A DNA stretch of 64,000 nucleotides, taken from the NCBI RefSeq assembly GCF_009914755.1, contig NC_060936.1. One strand, 5' to 3'. Below are positions 31,835 through 48,693 of the stretch, in pieces (the stretch's first letter is position 1; each line of letters opens with the position of its first letter). Source of the stretch: the human T2T-CHM13v2.0 reference genome, Homo sapiens. The notes under the pieces were generated by a model, which was not told the DNA's origin, did no database searches, and saw nothing but the letters and a program-made list of their open reading frames with translations. A program made the position numbers and the translations under genes.

Positions 31835-32112
<278 letters not shown>

Positions 32113-33464
32113 TAGAATTGTGCTATTGAAGAGGGCTTTCCTCCAGTTGTTCTGACTTCATCATTTTTCTGCAGTGAAATGTTTACTGACTTCACAAATC
32201 CACCTTGCTACGAAGTCTTCAGAAGTGCTGACAATTCTGCCCTTCAGAGATGTGACACAGTCCAGTGAAGATTTTGGTTTTTGCTAAATTTATCTCCAGT
32301 ATTACACCTTCATGAATGCTAGAATCCCATTTAGATTTTGCATTTACATCATCCAATAGGAATTCCTATCTAAGTCAGAAAATTCTTAGTCTTGGTGAAT
32401 GGCCAGATGGTTCTATGGGTCTCTTATGGATCAGCTTCTGCTGGTTCCCCTTTCAGGTGTCTTCAGAGGCATGTCCTCTTTATTCCTGTAATTGAAGGGA
32501 AATGCACCTGTCTTCTCATCCTCCCACCTATTATTCAGAGAGCATATAAATTACTTGATGAAATCCTAGACTATTAAGAGCCAAAAGGAGCCCATGTAGT
32601 TACAGAATCCAACTTCTCATTTTGAACTGAAGCTTACAGATAGAATAGAATTTGCCTTGGGCTGCAAACAGAAAAGGGCAGACCAAGGACTGAGCCCTGA
32701 TCTGACCTTTCTCCTGATTCTGATGCTCATTAATATTCCAGGACCAAGACCTATAATGAAAGGAAACCTCTGATTTTGCAGTTGGTCTTATCTTATGATT
32801 TCCCTGCATGGGTAGTCATTACTTTCCAGAAACTTTTATTTATTAAGCCTTTAGGGAATACCCAGTGCTGCTGAAATGTTATTATAAAGTATACAGAAAG
32901 TGGTTACTAAGAAGACAGGCTTTCGGGTCAGATGGACCAGGGTTTAAATCCCAGCTCTGCTACTGACTTATTATGAACACTTGAATATGTTCTCAAATTA
33001 CTATGAGCCTGACTTCCTCACTTGTAAGAAGGGAATAATAATTGTATTAATATCTACCTTGGAGTTGTGAGAACTTAAGATGATTCAGGTACAGATGTGT
33101 GGCACGTAATATGTACTCAATGAATGCTAGCTATTAATAACTAGTCATTAAATCATCCTCTTTATAATTGTATCTGGTTGTTTATCTGGTTGTTTCATTG
33201 TTTAAATTTTTTTCCTGTGTTAGGAAATCAATACAATCAATTCTCAATTATCCTCATTACGGATGGGGCAATAGCATTCATAGTATTAAAAAAAGGGATA
33301 GTACTAAATAATAGACCAAGATGTCATTTATATTGGGTTTGATGATGCATCTTGAAAACTAGAAGGAGTTTTTCCCTCTTCATTGTGAGTAGAAGGCATG
33401 GCTTATGCTAAGACAACTTTTTTTGAAGAGCTGAAAGAGGATTTATTGATTAATTGATTTTTGC

Positions 33465-35003
<1,539 letters not shown>

Positions 35004-36128
35004 CCTTTAGCCTAAGAACTCACTGATTAAAAGCAAGAAAAATCTAGGGCAGTACATTGTAGTGGATAAAAAGTCGGAAGGTAAAAATTTTATTACAATC
35101 AGTCTATCCTTGGGTTACAGAATTCCAACGTCAGGTCCAGTGTGGGCTTATAACAAATTCCAGTCAAGGCAGAATGCCAAGAACTTATTTCTTATTGCTG
35201 TTAATGATGATAAACATGATAACCTATTTTTCTCTTTTCCTTCTTCCATGTGCCTGATAATCTGCTAAGAGCTAAATATTAGACACATAGAAGTTCAGTG
35301 GTAGAGCCAGGATTTGAACCCAGCTCCACATAACACCATAGCTTATGTTCCAACTCGCTCCGTTATACTGCTTCCTATCATTGAGCCCTTCTCTCATCCT
35401 TTAATTCCCATTTTGCAGAGTTATCTTAAGGACCTTTTCTGGATAGTGAGATAAAATTTTCAGTCATCTTTCCCTAATAGTGTGGACCCAACAAATGCCT
35501 TTTCTAATTACCTATTTTTCCTTACCTACTAAATAACTCACTCTTTAATTACCTTTACAACTTTCTGGACTCTATATATTGGAGATTATTTATCAGTTAC
35601 TTGAATAATGTGAAGGAGCTTATTATCCTTGGTCATGATCAGCCAAAAGTTCTAGGTATTTGACCTCTGAATATCTTCATTTGTTGTTTTTGATTGGTGT
35701 TATAGATTTACTGCTCAGGCATAGATGAATTGAGTCTACTTCATTTATCAAGTGCATTTTTTAAAATGTGTGAATGAATCCACTCAGACCAACAAGTTTA
35801 AGAAGTAAATTGGTGTTTTCTGTCCCTTTCTGATAGCCCTGCAATATAAATGGGGTTGCAGGTGCATTTTTGGGGACCACATTTTCTGCTTATGCTTTTC
35901 TATTTAAACACTGCTACACAATTTAATGATTTTAAGCATTTAGAAGTCTGCTACATCAGAAGGTTGGTGGTTGGGAGGAGTTACTATTTTATGAGTTCAT
36001 TCTAATAGAGGTTATTATTGTCTGTATAAGAGAAATTTGGTAGACATCTAAAACAAGTCTGTATATTAAAAATAATAACTTGATGAACAAAAACTTTCCC
36101 TGGTGGAATTTCATTTTATGTTTCATAG

Positions 36129-36301
36129 GACCTTTAACTTGAAGGAAGTCCTGAATTCTATTGGTATTCAGACTTGTGTTGAGGTTAACAAGACCCTGAT
36201 GGAAAGAGGTTTACCCACTTTAAATGCTGAGATTCAAGCTAATCTTATAGGTCAATTTTCAAGCATTGAAGAGGAGGACAATCCTATCTGGTCCTTGATT
36301 G
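36129..36301 (+). CDS. TCP11L2: TCP11L2 coding exon 8 (ETFNLKEVLNSIGIQTCVEVNK...EEDNPIWSLI)
   Basis: Acceptor tgtttcatag|, donor G|gtgagt; 173 nt. Confidence 0.95.
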
Positions 36302-36799
36302 GTGAGTCCTTTTATTGATTTCTGCTTCAATTCCAATTTGCTTTAACTTGCTGATTTTGACTAACATTAAGTCAGTCAAATTTTGATCTTAAACACATTA
36401 CCCACTTTTGGAGGATAAATATTGAAAATATCAAGAAATATTAATGTTTTCAAAGGCCTAGGACTCATTGCTGCTTCTGTGTGTCATGGAGTTGGGGGAT
36501 GTTTCAGGGCCTATTATCTATTCAGCCAATAGATTTTATGACAAGAATAACAGAGTGCTGGAGTAATGTTAAAATCCTAGATCAATGCAGTAATTCAAAC
36601 CAGCTGGCAGTATGTTCACAGATAGTAGATATGAGTTCTGCTGTGAGCAGCTCTGAAGGAACTTGGTCAGGCTTAAAGAGACAAAGACTAAAAATGTGTG
36701 GATCCGGGAGACATAGTGTGTAGGCTTCTTTTTGTAATGGTCAGCCAGGAAATTGACTGTCTCAAAGTCAAGCTGTGTTGGTGAGTTGGGAAAATGGAT

Positions 36800-37385
36800 A
36801 ATGTATCAGTTAGGACTTTTTCTGCTACCTGTGACAAGAATCTAAACTTCTAAACTAGCTTAAACAAAATGATCATTTATTTTCTCATCTAACTGAAAAG
36901 ACCAGGGGTAGGACTGGCTTCTGGTACAGCCTAATGAGAGTTCCAGCTGTCACTGGCACTAGTTTTCCCGCCTCCAGCTCTCAACACTACCTTCTCCTGG
37001 GCCAGCTGCCTTCACAGGCAGACTTTTCTCATGACAGCAGGATGGCTTTAGCTCCAGCCTACAACCTTCCATATTTAAGTCCAGTGAAAAACAAGGAATC
37101 TGCCTCCCTGTTGGCTCAAACAGTGACCCCATCATTGAGTCTCAGTGGCTCCAGTTAGCCTGACTATGGTTCATGTCCCATTCTTGAATTGGTCATGGTG
37201 GCCTGAGGGGAAGAAAGTTAAGCCTGAGACATGTATTCACCTCCTGGAGCCAAGGAAGAGTCAGTTTTCTCTGTAACACCTGATGAGAGTAGGGAGGAGA
37301 TGGTTACCCCCAAATAAAATCAGAGTATTGTGGCCATAAGGAAGGGGAGAAGCTGCCGTGTGGTACAAAGCAGTTGTCTACTACA
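36800..37385. mobile_element. Old MaLR LTR (MLT1K/L-like)
   Basis: tgtatcagttaggac...gcttaaacaaa...tttattttctcatctaactgaaaagacca. Confidence 0.55.
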
Positions 37386-38962
37386 GAGGTTGAAGGATGA
37401 AAACCAAAAGTAGAAGAGTGTAGAATTAGAATGTACTAACCTGCTAGGACTAATCTGCAAATTTTCAAAGTACAACATTGACGGCCTTAAGAATACAAAT
37501 ACATTTTATTATTGATTTGAGGCTTTCAAATGGTGTTGTTCATCCTTATCCCTGGGGACATGGAATGCTGGGGATCCAAGCTTCAACTTTGCCCCCAGAA
37601 AGGAACAGTGTTGGTGTATACGACATTGTGGGCTGCTGGAGAGGCTGCTCCTAAGAGGGGACAGTTGATAACAATAACAGATTATGACCACTGTCACCTG
37701 TGGCCAAGCCCTTATCTATATACCTTCACATGCTGACATGCATCTGTCCTCAGAGCATGTTGTCCCCAGCTGAACAGGTAAAACCTGAGAGATGGTGTTC
37801 TAGGAGGAAGAGGGATAGAGTAGGGACTGAGACACTGCCCAGCAGTCTCTGCAGCATACTGCCAGATCCCCAGTAGTGTGCAGGCCTCATGAGGACAGCG
37901 TGCAGGTTTGTTCACTGCTATATTCTTGTGCAATGCTGCACGTGCACATATATTTAATAAATATTTGTGAAATGGGTAAATGCATAGGAGACTTGGAGAG
38001 GTTAAATAACTTTCACTCAAAGTCCCATAACAAGCTGGGGGCAGAGTCTGTCTTCCCCAGCCTGTCTGACTCCAGAGCTCATGTTCCTAACTGCTCTGAC
38101 TGGCACGTCAGTCAGAGCTGGAGCGCTGTTGCTTGCTGGCAGAGTGGCCAGAGTGTCAGAGTGTACTCTGTGACTTTTCTTTGGATAAGGGAAATGCTTG
38201 CAGTATCAGAAGGAAGAGGGAAGCTGAGGGCTAGGAGATTCCTCTTAAAATCTGGTAAAGCAACTTTTGTCCACCCAGCTTTCCCCAGTCCAACTTTCCT
38301 GTCCTTTTGCAAATTGAAAGCATTTTTAATCTCATTCAAAGTACTGTTGCCCTAGCAACTTAAGTGACTCACTTGAACGTCTCTTCTTCGACTCTGGAAG
38401 CCAAGGACACGCCTTTGGCAGGGACTCCGTGTGGCTGCTCCTAACTTTACAAACACTCCGGTCACTTTAGCCTTTGCCTAAAAACAGACTCATCTGCAAA
38501 AGAGGCAAAAGAGGCAGAACCACTTGCTGACATAATAAGGATTTTGAAAGGGTTTCATTTTTAAACCTTCTTATGGGAAAGCGTTTGGATCATATCTGTG
38601 ATGATATAGACCTGGGCCTCTGAAGGTCAGGCAACTAGTCTAAAGGGAAAGTAGTACACAGTTAACTCTAAATGTATGCCTGCAGAGGAGTTAGAATAAA
38701 TTAAACAGAGAGATTCCTGGAACCTGAGAAGGGCTTGATCAGTGTTGGCCATGGTTTTCCTCTGCTAAGGGTACCCACAGTATGCTTTCTTTTGTTCTCA
38801 GTTGATGCGCTATTTATTTACTGAAGGGATTATAATCCCCAATTCCCATTACAATTCTTAACCTTTTGAAAAGATATTAGAAAGGGATTTTTCTGTCGAA
38901 TACATACTAAGTAAAAATTATGGATTACCTGCTGTGTAAATTATTTGCATGCCTACGTCTAC

Positions 38963-39259
38963 TTTTTTTTTTTTTGAGATGGAGTCTTGCTCTGTCGCCC
39001 AGTCTGGAGTGCAGTGGTGTGATCTTGGCTCACTGCAACCTCTGCCTCCTGGGTTCAAGAAGAATACTTCTGCCCCAGCCTCCCTAGTAGCTGGGACTAC
39101 AGGTGCGGACCACCAAGCCCAGCTATTTTTTTTGTATTCTTAGTAGAGACGGGGTTCCACCATATTGGCCAGGCTGGTCTCAAACTCCTGACCTCGTGAT
39201 CCGCCCACCTTGGCCTCCCAAAGTGCTGGGATTACAGGCCTAAGCCACTGTGCCTGGCC
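38963..39259 (-). mobile_element. AluS
   Basis: Antisense dimeric Alu. Confidence 0.9.
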
Positions 39260-39339
39260 TGCCATCTACACTTTTAACAAGTAATTTCAGTTGCACAGGT
39301 GATACAATAATTTCTCCTTGTAGAAAAATTACAGACAAA

Positions 39340-39477
39340 GGCCAGGCACGGTGGCTCATGCCTGTCATCCCAGCACTTTGGGAGGCCAAAGCAGGAGGAT
39401 GGCTTGAGGCCAGGAGTTTGAGACTCTCCTGGGCAACAGATGGAGACCCTGTCTATATATAAAAAAAGAAAAAAAAT
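39340..39477 (+). mobile_element. Alu left monomer (FLAM/AluJ)
   Basis: Left arm only with A-tail; TSD-like tacagaYaaRg. Confidence 0.85.
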
Positions 39478-40309
39478 ACAGATAAGGCTTAAGTCACCTT
39501 TGTTTGCCTTCTTCAGTCCCCATTTTCCCCTGGCTGCCACGGTTTTCAGTTCGTTATTTATCTTTATAGACTCTTTTCAGTCCATTCTCACTTAAGTTCA
39601 GTCAGCATTTACAATGTGTCTGTCACATGACAGACCAAGAATATAAAGATAAAAAAGATATAAACCTCACGCTCAGAGAGTCCACTGTCCAAGAAGGGAG
39701 AGAGACACCTTCTCAACTGGCAATCATATGTCACGATAGTCTGGTAACAGATGCTAAGGAAAGTCACAGAAAGGAGGTAACTTTTGGCACGACATTGAAG
39801 GATGCCTCTGATTCTGGGCAGAGATGAGATGAAATGAGATGAGATTGAAGGGCATTCTAGTAAAAGGAAAGAATTCTAAGACATAGACATTGGAAACAAG
39901 TTCTAGGTCAGACCTAGCTGGAATGTATGATTTTTGTGAGCATTCTTTGGTGATAAGAATTTTAGTAGTATCATAGTTGTCTATATTCAATGTGGCATAT
40001 TTTCCTTAGTAAACCTTCTTATTGGTGAGGTTTCTGTTCCCAAAGCCAGAGAAAGCCCTTGGAGCAGCCTGAGCTATAGCAGGTCTTTTCTGTCCAGTAT
40101 TATTAATAGTTGTCCTATACTATTGCAGCCTGATTTCCATATGCATTTCTATGCTTTTGTGTAGTCGTCTCAAAGTCAAATACATTGAGGCAGTGATGCA
40201 GGAAGGGCAGGGAAGGTGGCACAATGGTGTGCTGGTTGGGATGTCCCTTCCTCAGTGTCTCCTGATTCTTGGCCATGTGTGAAGTACCCTGTAACTTATT
40301 TAGTATTAA

Positions 40310-40597
<288 letters not shown>

Positions 40598-40961
40598 ACC
40601 ATGTAATTTATTGTTCAACCAGGGTACTTTTGAGAGTCTCTTTTTAAAATTATGCCAGGACAACAGGTGTAAATTTTGACTGTCCTGGGGAAACCTAGAT
40701 GTGTGGTCCCCCTTGCCATGTGGTAATTTGGGCCCCCAAGTTTGCCAGATCTCTAGATTTTTCAAGAGAAAGCAGAAATATGGATTTCTATGTGAAATCT
40801 CCTGATTTTAAATGGCTTCTGTTTTTAAAAAAGACACTGCATGGGCCAGACTGGCAATGCCAGTTTACAAACTCAGCTTTAGTGTATGTAATTATAATCA
40901 TGAACATTTAGGATTAACTTTTGTAGAAGATTCCCCCCAAATAGGGCTCTGCCTTTTTTTT

Positions 40962-41513
40962 TTTATCAGTCAGCTATTGCTGCATAACAAAATACCACAA
41001 AACTCCTGAGCTTAAAAAAAATAAGCATTTATTATTACTCACCAGTCTGTGAGGCGACCGGGTGGCTCTTTTGGTCTTGCTGAACTCACTAATGTATTTG
41101 TGGTTCAGCTGTGACTCAGGATGGAAGCTTTGCTGATCCTGGCTGGACTTTCTCAGGTGTTTGAATGCTGGTTGGCTATGGGTTGGTCTAGGATGGCCTC
41201 AGATGGAACAGCTGGGTTTCCCTCTCCTTGGTCTCTCATCCTCCAGCAAGCCCAGGCCTATTCTCATGGTGGTAGTAGGTAGACGGTGGACATGAACAAG
41301 AGTGGCCTCTTGAGGCCAAGGCATGAAACTGGTACTCTGGCATTTCCACCGCATTCTGTATTGGCCAAAGTAAGTCACAGGGCCAGCCCAGATGGAAAGG
41401 ATGGGAAAAACACACTCCAGCTTTGATAGGAGGAACTGCAAAGCTACCTTGGAAAGGGGATGGGTGCAGGGAGGGGTAAAGAATTGGGAACATTATTGCA
41501 GTCAACCTACTAC
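40962..41513. mobile_element. MaLR LTR (MLT1G/H-like) ending just upstream of the last TCP11L2 exon
   Basis: tcagtcagctattgctgcataacaaaataccacaaaact...attggccaaagtaagtcacagggccagcccaga. Confidence 0.7.
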
Positions 41514-41588
41514 AATTACTTGTTCTTGTTTTTAAAAATTATGTACTTTAATAATGGACAGATAAAAGTATCTTTTTTTCCCCTTCAG

Positions 41589-41833
41589 ATAAACGAATTA
41601 AGCTTTACATGAGAAGGCTACTTTGTCTTCCAAGCCCTCAAAAATGCATGCCTCCTATGCCAGGAGGCCTAGCTGTCATTCAGCAGGAGCTAGAAGCCCT
41701 AGGCTCTCAATATGCAAACATTGTGAATCTCAACAAACAAGTGTATGGACCATTTTATGCAAATATACTTCGAAAGCTGCTCTTCAATGAGGAAGCCATG
41801 GGGAAGGTAGATGCTTCACCTCCTACTAACTAA
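41589..41833 (+). CDS. TCP11L2: TCP11L2 last coding exon (DKRIKLYMRRLLCLPSPQK...VYGPFYANIL...SPPTN*)
   Basis: Acceptor ttttccccttcag|; 245 nt to TAA; exon lengths sum to 1560 nt = 519 aa + stop; N..VYGPFY C-terminal TCP11 motif. Confidence 0.95.
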
Positions 41834-42320
41834 AGAAGAACTGACATTGGACGAGAGATTGGAAATCCAGTACTTTGGTATCCAGTCCACTTCCATTGAT
41901 GGCATTAGAGATCCAGCACATTCTCAGTACTGTGGTGCAGTATTAGCCCAAATCTGTGTAATGGGTAATATTAGCATTACAGAAGACACACACATCACAT
42001 AGACCCTCAGAAGACGTAAACATCACATAGACCCTATTTGTGCATCATTTTCAAGTTTAAAACAGATATTTGTAATGAACAGAAAACAATTTGTAATTAA
42101 TTATATTACCTATATAATACTTGTAAATGTTTTCTTAACCATTTATATTTGGCTTATGACATTTAACCCCTAAGGAGTTGTTTTTCTCACTTGTTATTAT
42201 CAAACCTAATGGTTTTTAATTTTGGTACAACTCCTTAAAGGGTTGAAGGTTGTGACAATAACTGAGGGAACTGATGTTCTGAATAAATGATGTGAAGTAA
42301 ACACAATTGTATTTGAAATG
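41834..42320 (+). other. TCP11L2: TCP11L2 proximal 3'UTR with poly(A) signal AATAAA at 42282-42287
   Basis: AT-rich sequence after the stop with a canonical hexamer; cleavage site inferred about 15-30 nt downstream. Confidence 0.7.
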
Positions 42321-42843
42321 TACAATTACATTTTATTAATGTGTTAATAGAAACTTTCAAAGTAAGTCCTCAAATTCCACAAATGTACCAAATCACACTT
42401 TATAATACCAATGGTCAGTATTTATTTAGAATTTTAATGTATTAAGTACATTTTCATGCTATATACAAACTTCAGATAAAACCTCCCTTGTTTGTTTAGT
42501 GAAAATAGAAGCAACTCCCTTCTCAAATTATTCTAGAAGTTTGTTTCTTCTTACAATTTAGTCTGCTCTCCAAGAAAAACAATTTTTGCACAAATCTCTT
42601 AGTGAATGTCCTTGCAGTTCTCAGGCCATTGATAAGGTTTATATAAGAGTTTAATATTTTTATGTGAGGCAGGGCTCATTTGGTTTACTTGTAAGAAGAA
42701 GAAAGGGAGTCAATGATAAAATGAGATCCCATTCTCCATGAAGTTCATATCTGAAAAAGAAACAGTTAAACTTTGGATTTCTTACCCATATAACTTAACT
42801 ACCAGATGTCTTTTGTGCTGATGAAAGCTTTACCGTGTTATGA

Positions 42844-43496
<653 letters not shown>

Positions 43497-44359
43497 TCAT
43501 TTGCCATTCTTGAGCGTTAAATCAAACCTTGCAAAGTTGGGCACTAGTTGCCACTGAGACTTTAGAGAAATCTGCTTATCCTGGAATTACTCTTCTTGGA
43601 GTGCTGCGGGAAGCACTGCAGTTGGGAGGTACTTGGTCTAAAAAGAGCTTCATTTGCATAAAATACATTTTTGATTGTTTTGTTTGCTAAGGACTCAATT
43701 GAGCCCTAGTAATTTGGTGAGGTCGAGTGGGTAGAAAATAAAAAGAAGCATTCCTTTCTTCCCCAACCTTCTTTTCCTCACCACAACCTTCACCATTACG
43801 GTGTTACTTCATTATTTTATGAAGTTCTAGGAAATGATTGTGTGAATAAATTGTCTCCATTGTTTATATTTGGGGAAATCTGCCAAAATTTGAGGAAAGT
43901 ATAAACGTCAGTTTTTTTTTTTCTCACAATGCCCAATACATCAGCCATTCTCTCCACGTAAGCTGCTGCATGCAAGTGGAGTATTACTGAAGAGTACACC
44001 ATTGGTCTTAGCTATTTTTTTCTCTTCCTGCAGTCCTCTTCTGCCCATGTTTTCCTATACACAGCAACTATAAGGTGCTGAAGACATTTGGTTTTCTCTT
44101 AAGCTGAAGGAGTTCTCAGCTGTTCTGTCTTTGGGGCATGGGCATCAGGGAGATTCTGACAGTAGAAAGGTATTATGTAGTGTGATTTTTTTGTTGCTTT
44201 CTGGGGTGAACTGTATACTTAACAGGTGGTGTACTTTTTTATTACCAGATTTGAATCCAGCTGATGCTCTTTTATATATTTGATTATACTACAGTGGCCA
44301 GCAGGAAAACAATGTACAAACTTTTTTTTTTTTTAATGCATTTAAAATGAAGGGCATTC

Positions 44360-44395
<36 letters not shown>

Positions 44396-44698
44396 TGGCA
44401 AAGTCAATCTTAATGTTTCAAGTCTGGATTTAGGCAACTACATTTACTAGGATTTTTTAAATTGTATCCCTTAGCATGTTGTTTATTTGGTTTTTACTTA
44501 AATGTTTACTTCTAATGTTTTCCTAACATGGTCTCATTTTGTAATGTAAATTTGTATTAAATGCCATACACACATTTTCATTCTTCTGCTAAAACATGTA
44601 TTGTGTGCACTTACTAAATTTTAAAGCATTAAAAATTATTTCAAAATAGCCAGTGTCTCTGTTTTCTAAACCACTTCTGGGTAGCTTGGGGCTGGAAT

Positions 44699-44740
44699 AT
44701 TGGATAGTCTTTATTGGATAGTCTTTATTGGATAGTCTTT
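44699..44740. repeat. Perfect 14-bp x3 tandem repeat (ATTGGATAGTCTTT)
   Basis: Read directly. Confidence 0.95.
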
Positions 44741-44922
44741 TTAGAATGATTCTTGTGCTGACCATCAGAGCCTTACAGACATCAAATCATGTTTATTCAC
44801 ACATTCATTCATTGAGTCAACAAATACCTATTGAGCATCTGCTGTGTGCCTGCCAAGAAGTATCCCAGTGGTTGTGATACATACATGATAAAACATACTG
44901 TCTTCAAGAAGTTTACAATCTA

Positions 44923-45318
<396 letters not shown>

Positions 45319-45483
45319 CTATTTCATAAAGAAGATAATTCTTTAGCTAAAACCTGAGAGATACATAGGAACTTGCCAAGAGGCCACAAAACAGGCCAAG
45401 TGCACAGTAAGTACAACAGTAGGGAGAAATGGTGAGCCAGGGATGAGAGTAAGTTGGAAGAATGAAAGTGATGAATGAGAGGT

Positions 45484-45919
<436 letters not shown>

Positions 45920-46564
45920 CTATGTTTTGGAAAGATTGCCCTGACAACACTTGTTGATGCTAGAATATTCCTACGTCTAGTGTATGTATGTTTACATGCA
46001 CTCACACGTGAAGACATGATACCAGCAATTTAAATGGACTCTGGTTAACTGAAGCAGAAAAGGAGTTTATTGGATGGGCATGAAATACCTCACAGAATCT
46101 AGTTAATCAGAGAGGAACCAGGTTTGGAAAATGGACAGGAACCAAGGCGATGCAAGCTGCAGGAGTCCGTCCACGCTGGAATCAGTGCTGCAACTTCAGA
46201 GATTGATTTCTCAACTGTCTTTCCTTCTTTGCCTCATTTGCTTAAGATCTAAAGTCCCACATATCAAGATTCAGTTGAGTGAGTCTTAAGTGCCCAGGCT
46301 TTAATTTGCAGGGGATGGAGTGAGGGAATTACGATCCTTACACTCCTGTGGTCCCACCAAAGTCATCCAATTAGAGATTTCTCCCAAATTGAGAGGGCAT
46401 GCCGAGAAGCAGAAAGAGAAAAATAAATCCACTGTAATGAACATTCATGAAATCTTTAAAATTTGGATGTGAGAAATGTGTGAGACCACCCAAACCAGCA
46501 GTGCTTCTGAGAATTATACAAAAGATGATTTAAGGAAAGGCGTAGTTACAAGAAGTCAACCTTT

Positions 46565-46910
46565 CCTAATAAGTGTAGGTGAACTGCTGAACAAACAGCC
46601 CCCAAGTCTCAGTGGTCTCATAAGCTCATTTCTCAAAGCATAGTTCAAAGCAGGGGGGTAGAGTGGCGTTGGGGGGCGGGTCTTCCATTTAGCCATCCAG
46701 AGACCCAACGTCATCCATGTCATGACTCTGCTGCCCTCTAAATCTTCATTCACTCAGCTGATAGGGAAAGAAAAAGACTGCCCACTTCCACTCATGTTCC
46801 ATTGGCCAGAATTCAATAATGTGGCCTCATCTTACTGCAAGGGAGGCTGGAAAAAGTGCCCAGGAGAAAGGCTGTCATGGATATGGGTAAGCATTAGCCG
46901 TCTCCACTTC
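46565..46910. mobile_element. MLT1J-like LTR
   Basis: aacagcccccaagtctcagtgg...ccattggccagaa...tggcctcatcttactgcaagggaggctgg. Confidence 0.6.
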
Positions 46911-48171
46911 GGGTCCCTTCCAGTGAACCTTCTCTTCCCGAAAATAGGTTTAAAATTATGTGCCTGATCTTTCTGAAAGAGGGGGTAACTGAAAGAGGGG
47001 AGGATTTGAAAGCCAGACCCAGGAGAATCACTAATGAGTTCTGTAGTTGATTGGCAAAGTGTGCTATAGGAATGGGGAGTACCTCCTTTGTGCAACATAT
47101 TTGTGCTTCTCAGTTGCATCTCTCAAGACTAAAGTTCAGCCTGTTCTACCTCTGGGGATGTTCAATTCCAAAAATTTTCCACTAATTGTTCTGTAAAAGC
47201 ATGGGACTAAGAGCTGTAAGAACTTAGTTGGAATTCACTCCTACTACTTCATAGCTATATGAACGCGAGCCAATCTTTTAATCTTGCTGAACCTCAATTT
47301 TCCACCCTACTTCCCTACCCTACTATCTTCCTACCTCACAGTTATTGTGAAAATAAAGTGAGTCATATTTGAAATTGTCTGTAAACTCTAAGGCATAATG
47401 TAGCCAGAATACATTATAATAACTGTAATTTATGAGTCCTAAATCTCTTTCAAGCTTCAAGGGGTTTTAGTATTTGGAGATGTGATGATCAAGTACTTAA
47501 GTACATAAGAACAAAAATTTTAATATCTCATCAGAACCATGGTTCATTAAGCCCAATATTGTCATTGGCAGAGAAACCCAAGGGTATGCAGAAGGCTGCG
47601 GTTATTGTCCTTGATGTCAACGTCAAAGGCTAGCGACAAAACCCAACATGTTCTAATTCCATTTAGTAATCAATTATGACATTATCCTCTATGATTTACT
47701 TCAATCTTTTAAAAGGTATATTTGTATTATCATATTGTGCCCTCTTGTTCTGTTTTTGGAGTGAGGCCTTACCTTTTCATTTCTAAGCTTACTATGTTAG
47801 CTCCTTTCAGATTTCAAGGGAAAGGAACAGAGGTATTTATTGCAAACTTCTATGAAGAAGAAAGGAAATCCAGGAATTTGTCTCAGCAGCTGTATTTGTA
47901 GGTGTGGTGAACCTGAATATAGTTTCTTTTCTCTTTCAGAATATAAGAAAAAAATATTAATAGCCACTGAGCACTTACCCTATGGCAGGGACTACCCGAA
48001 GCACTTTATGTAAATATCACAGAACTGCACAGCACATTGGGAGGCAGGCTCCATCATTTCCATATGTGGAAAACGAGAATCAGAGAGGCTAAGGAACTTG
48101 CCCAACGTCACAGAGCTGGTAAGTGTATTTGAACCCAAGGAGTCTAACCCTGGAATGTGTGTCATCCATCA

Positions 48172-48693
<522 letters not shown>

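Noticed and set aside
37876-38355. 159-aa ORF in a TCP11L2 intron
   Set aside because: GTG start, spans L2/MIR remnants, no homology recognised
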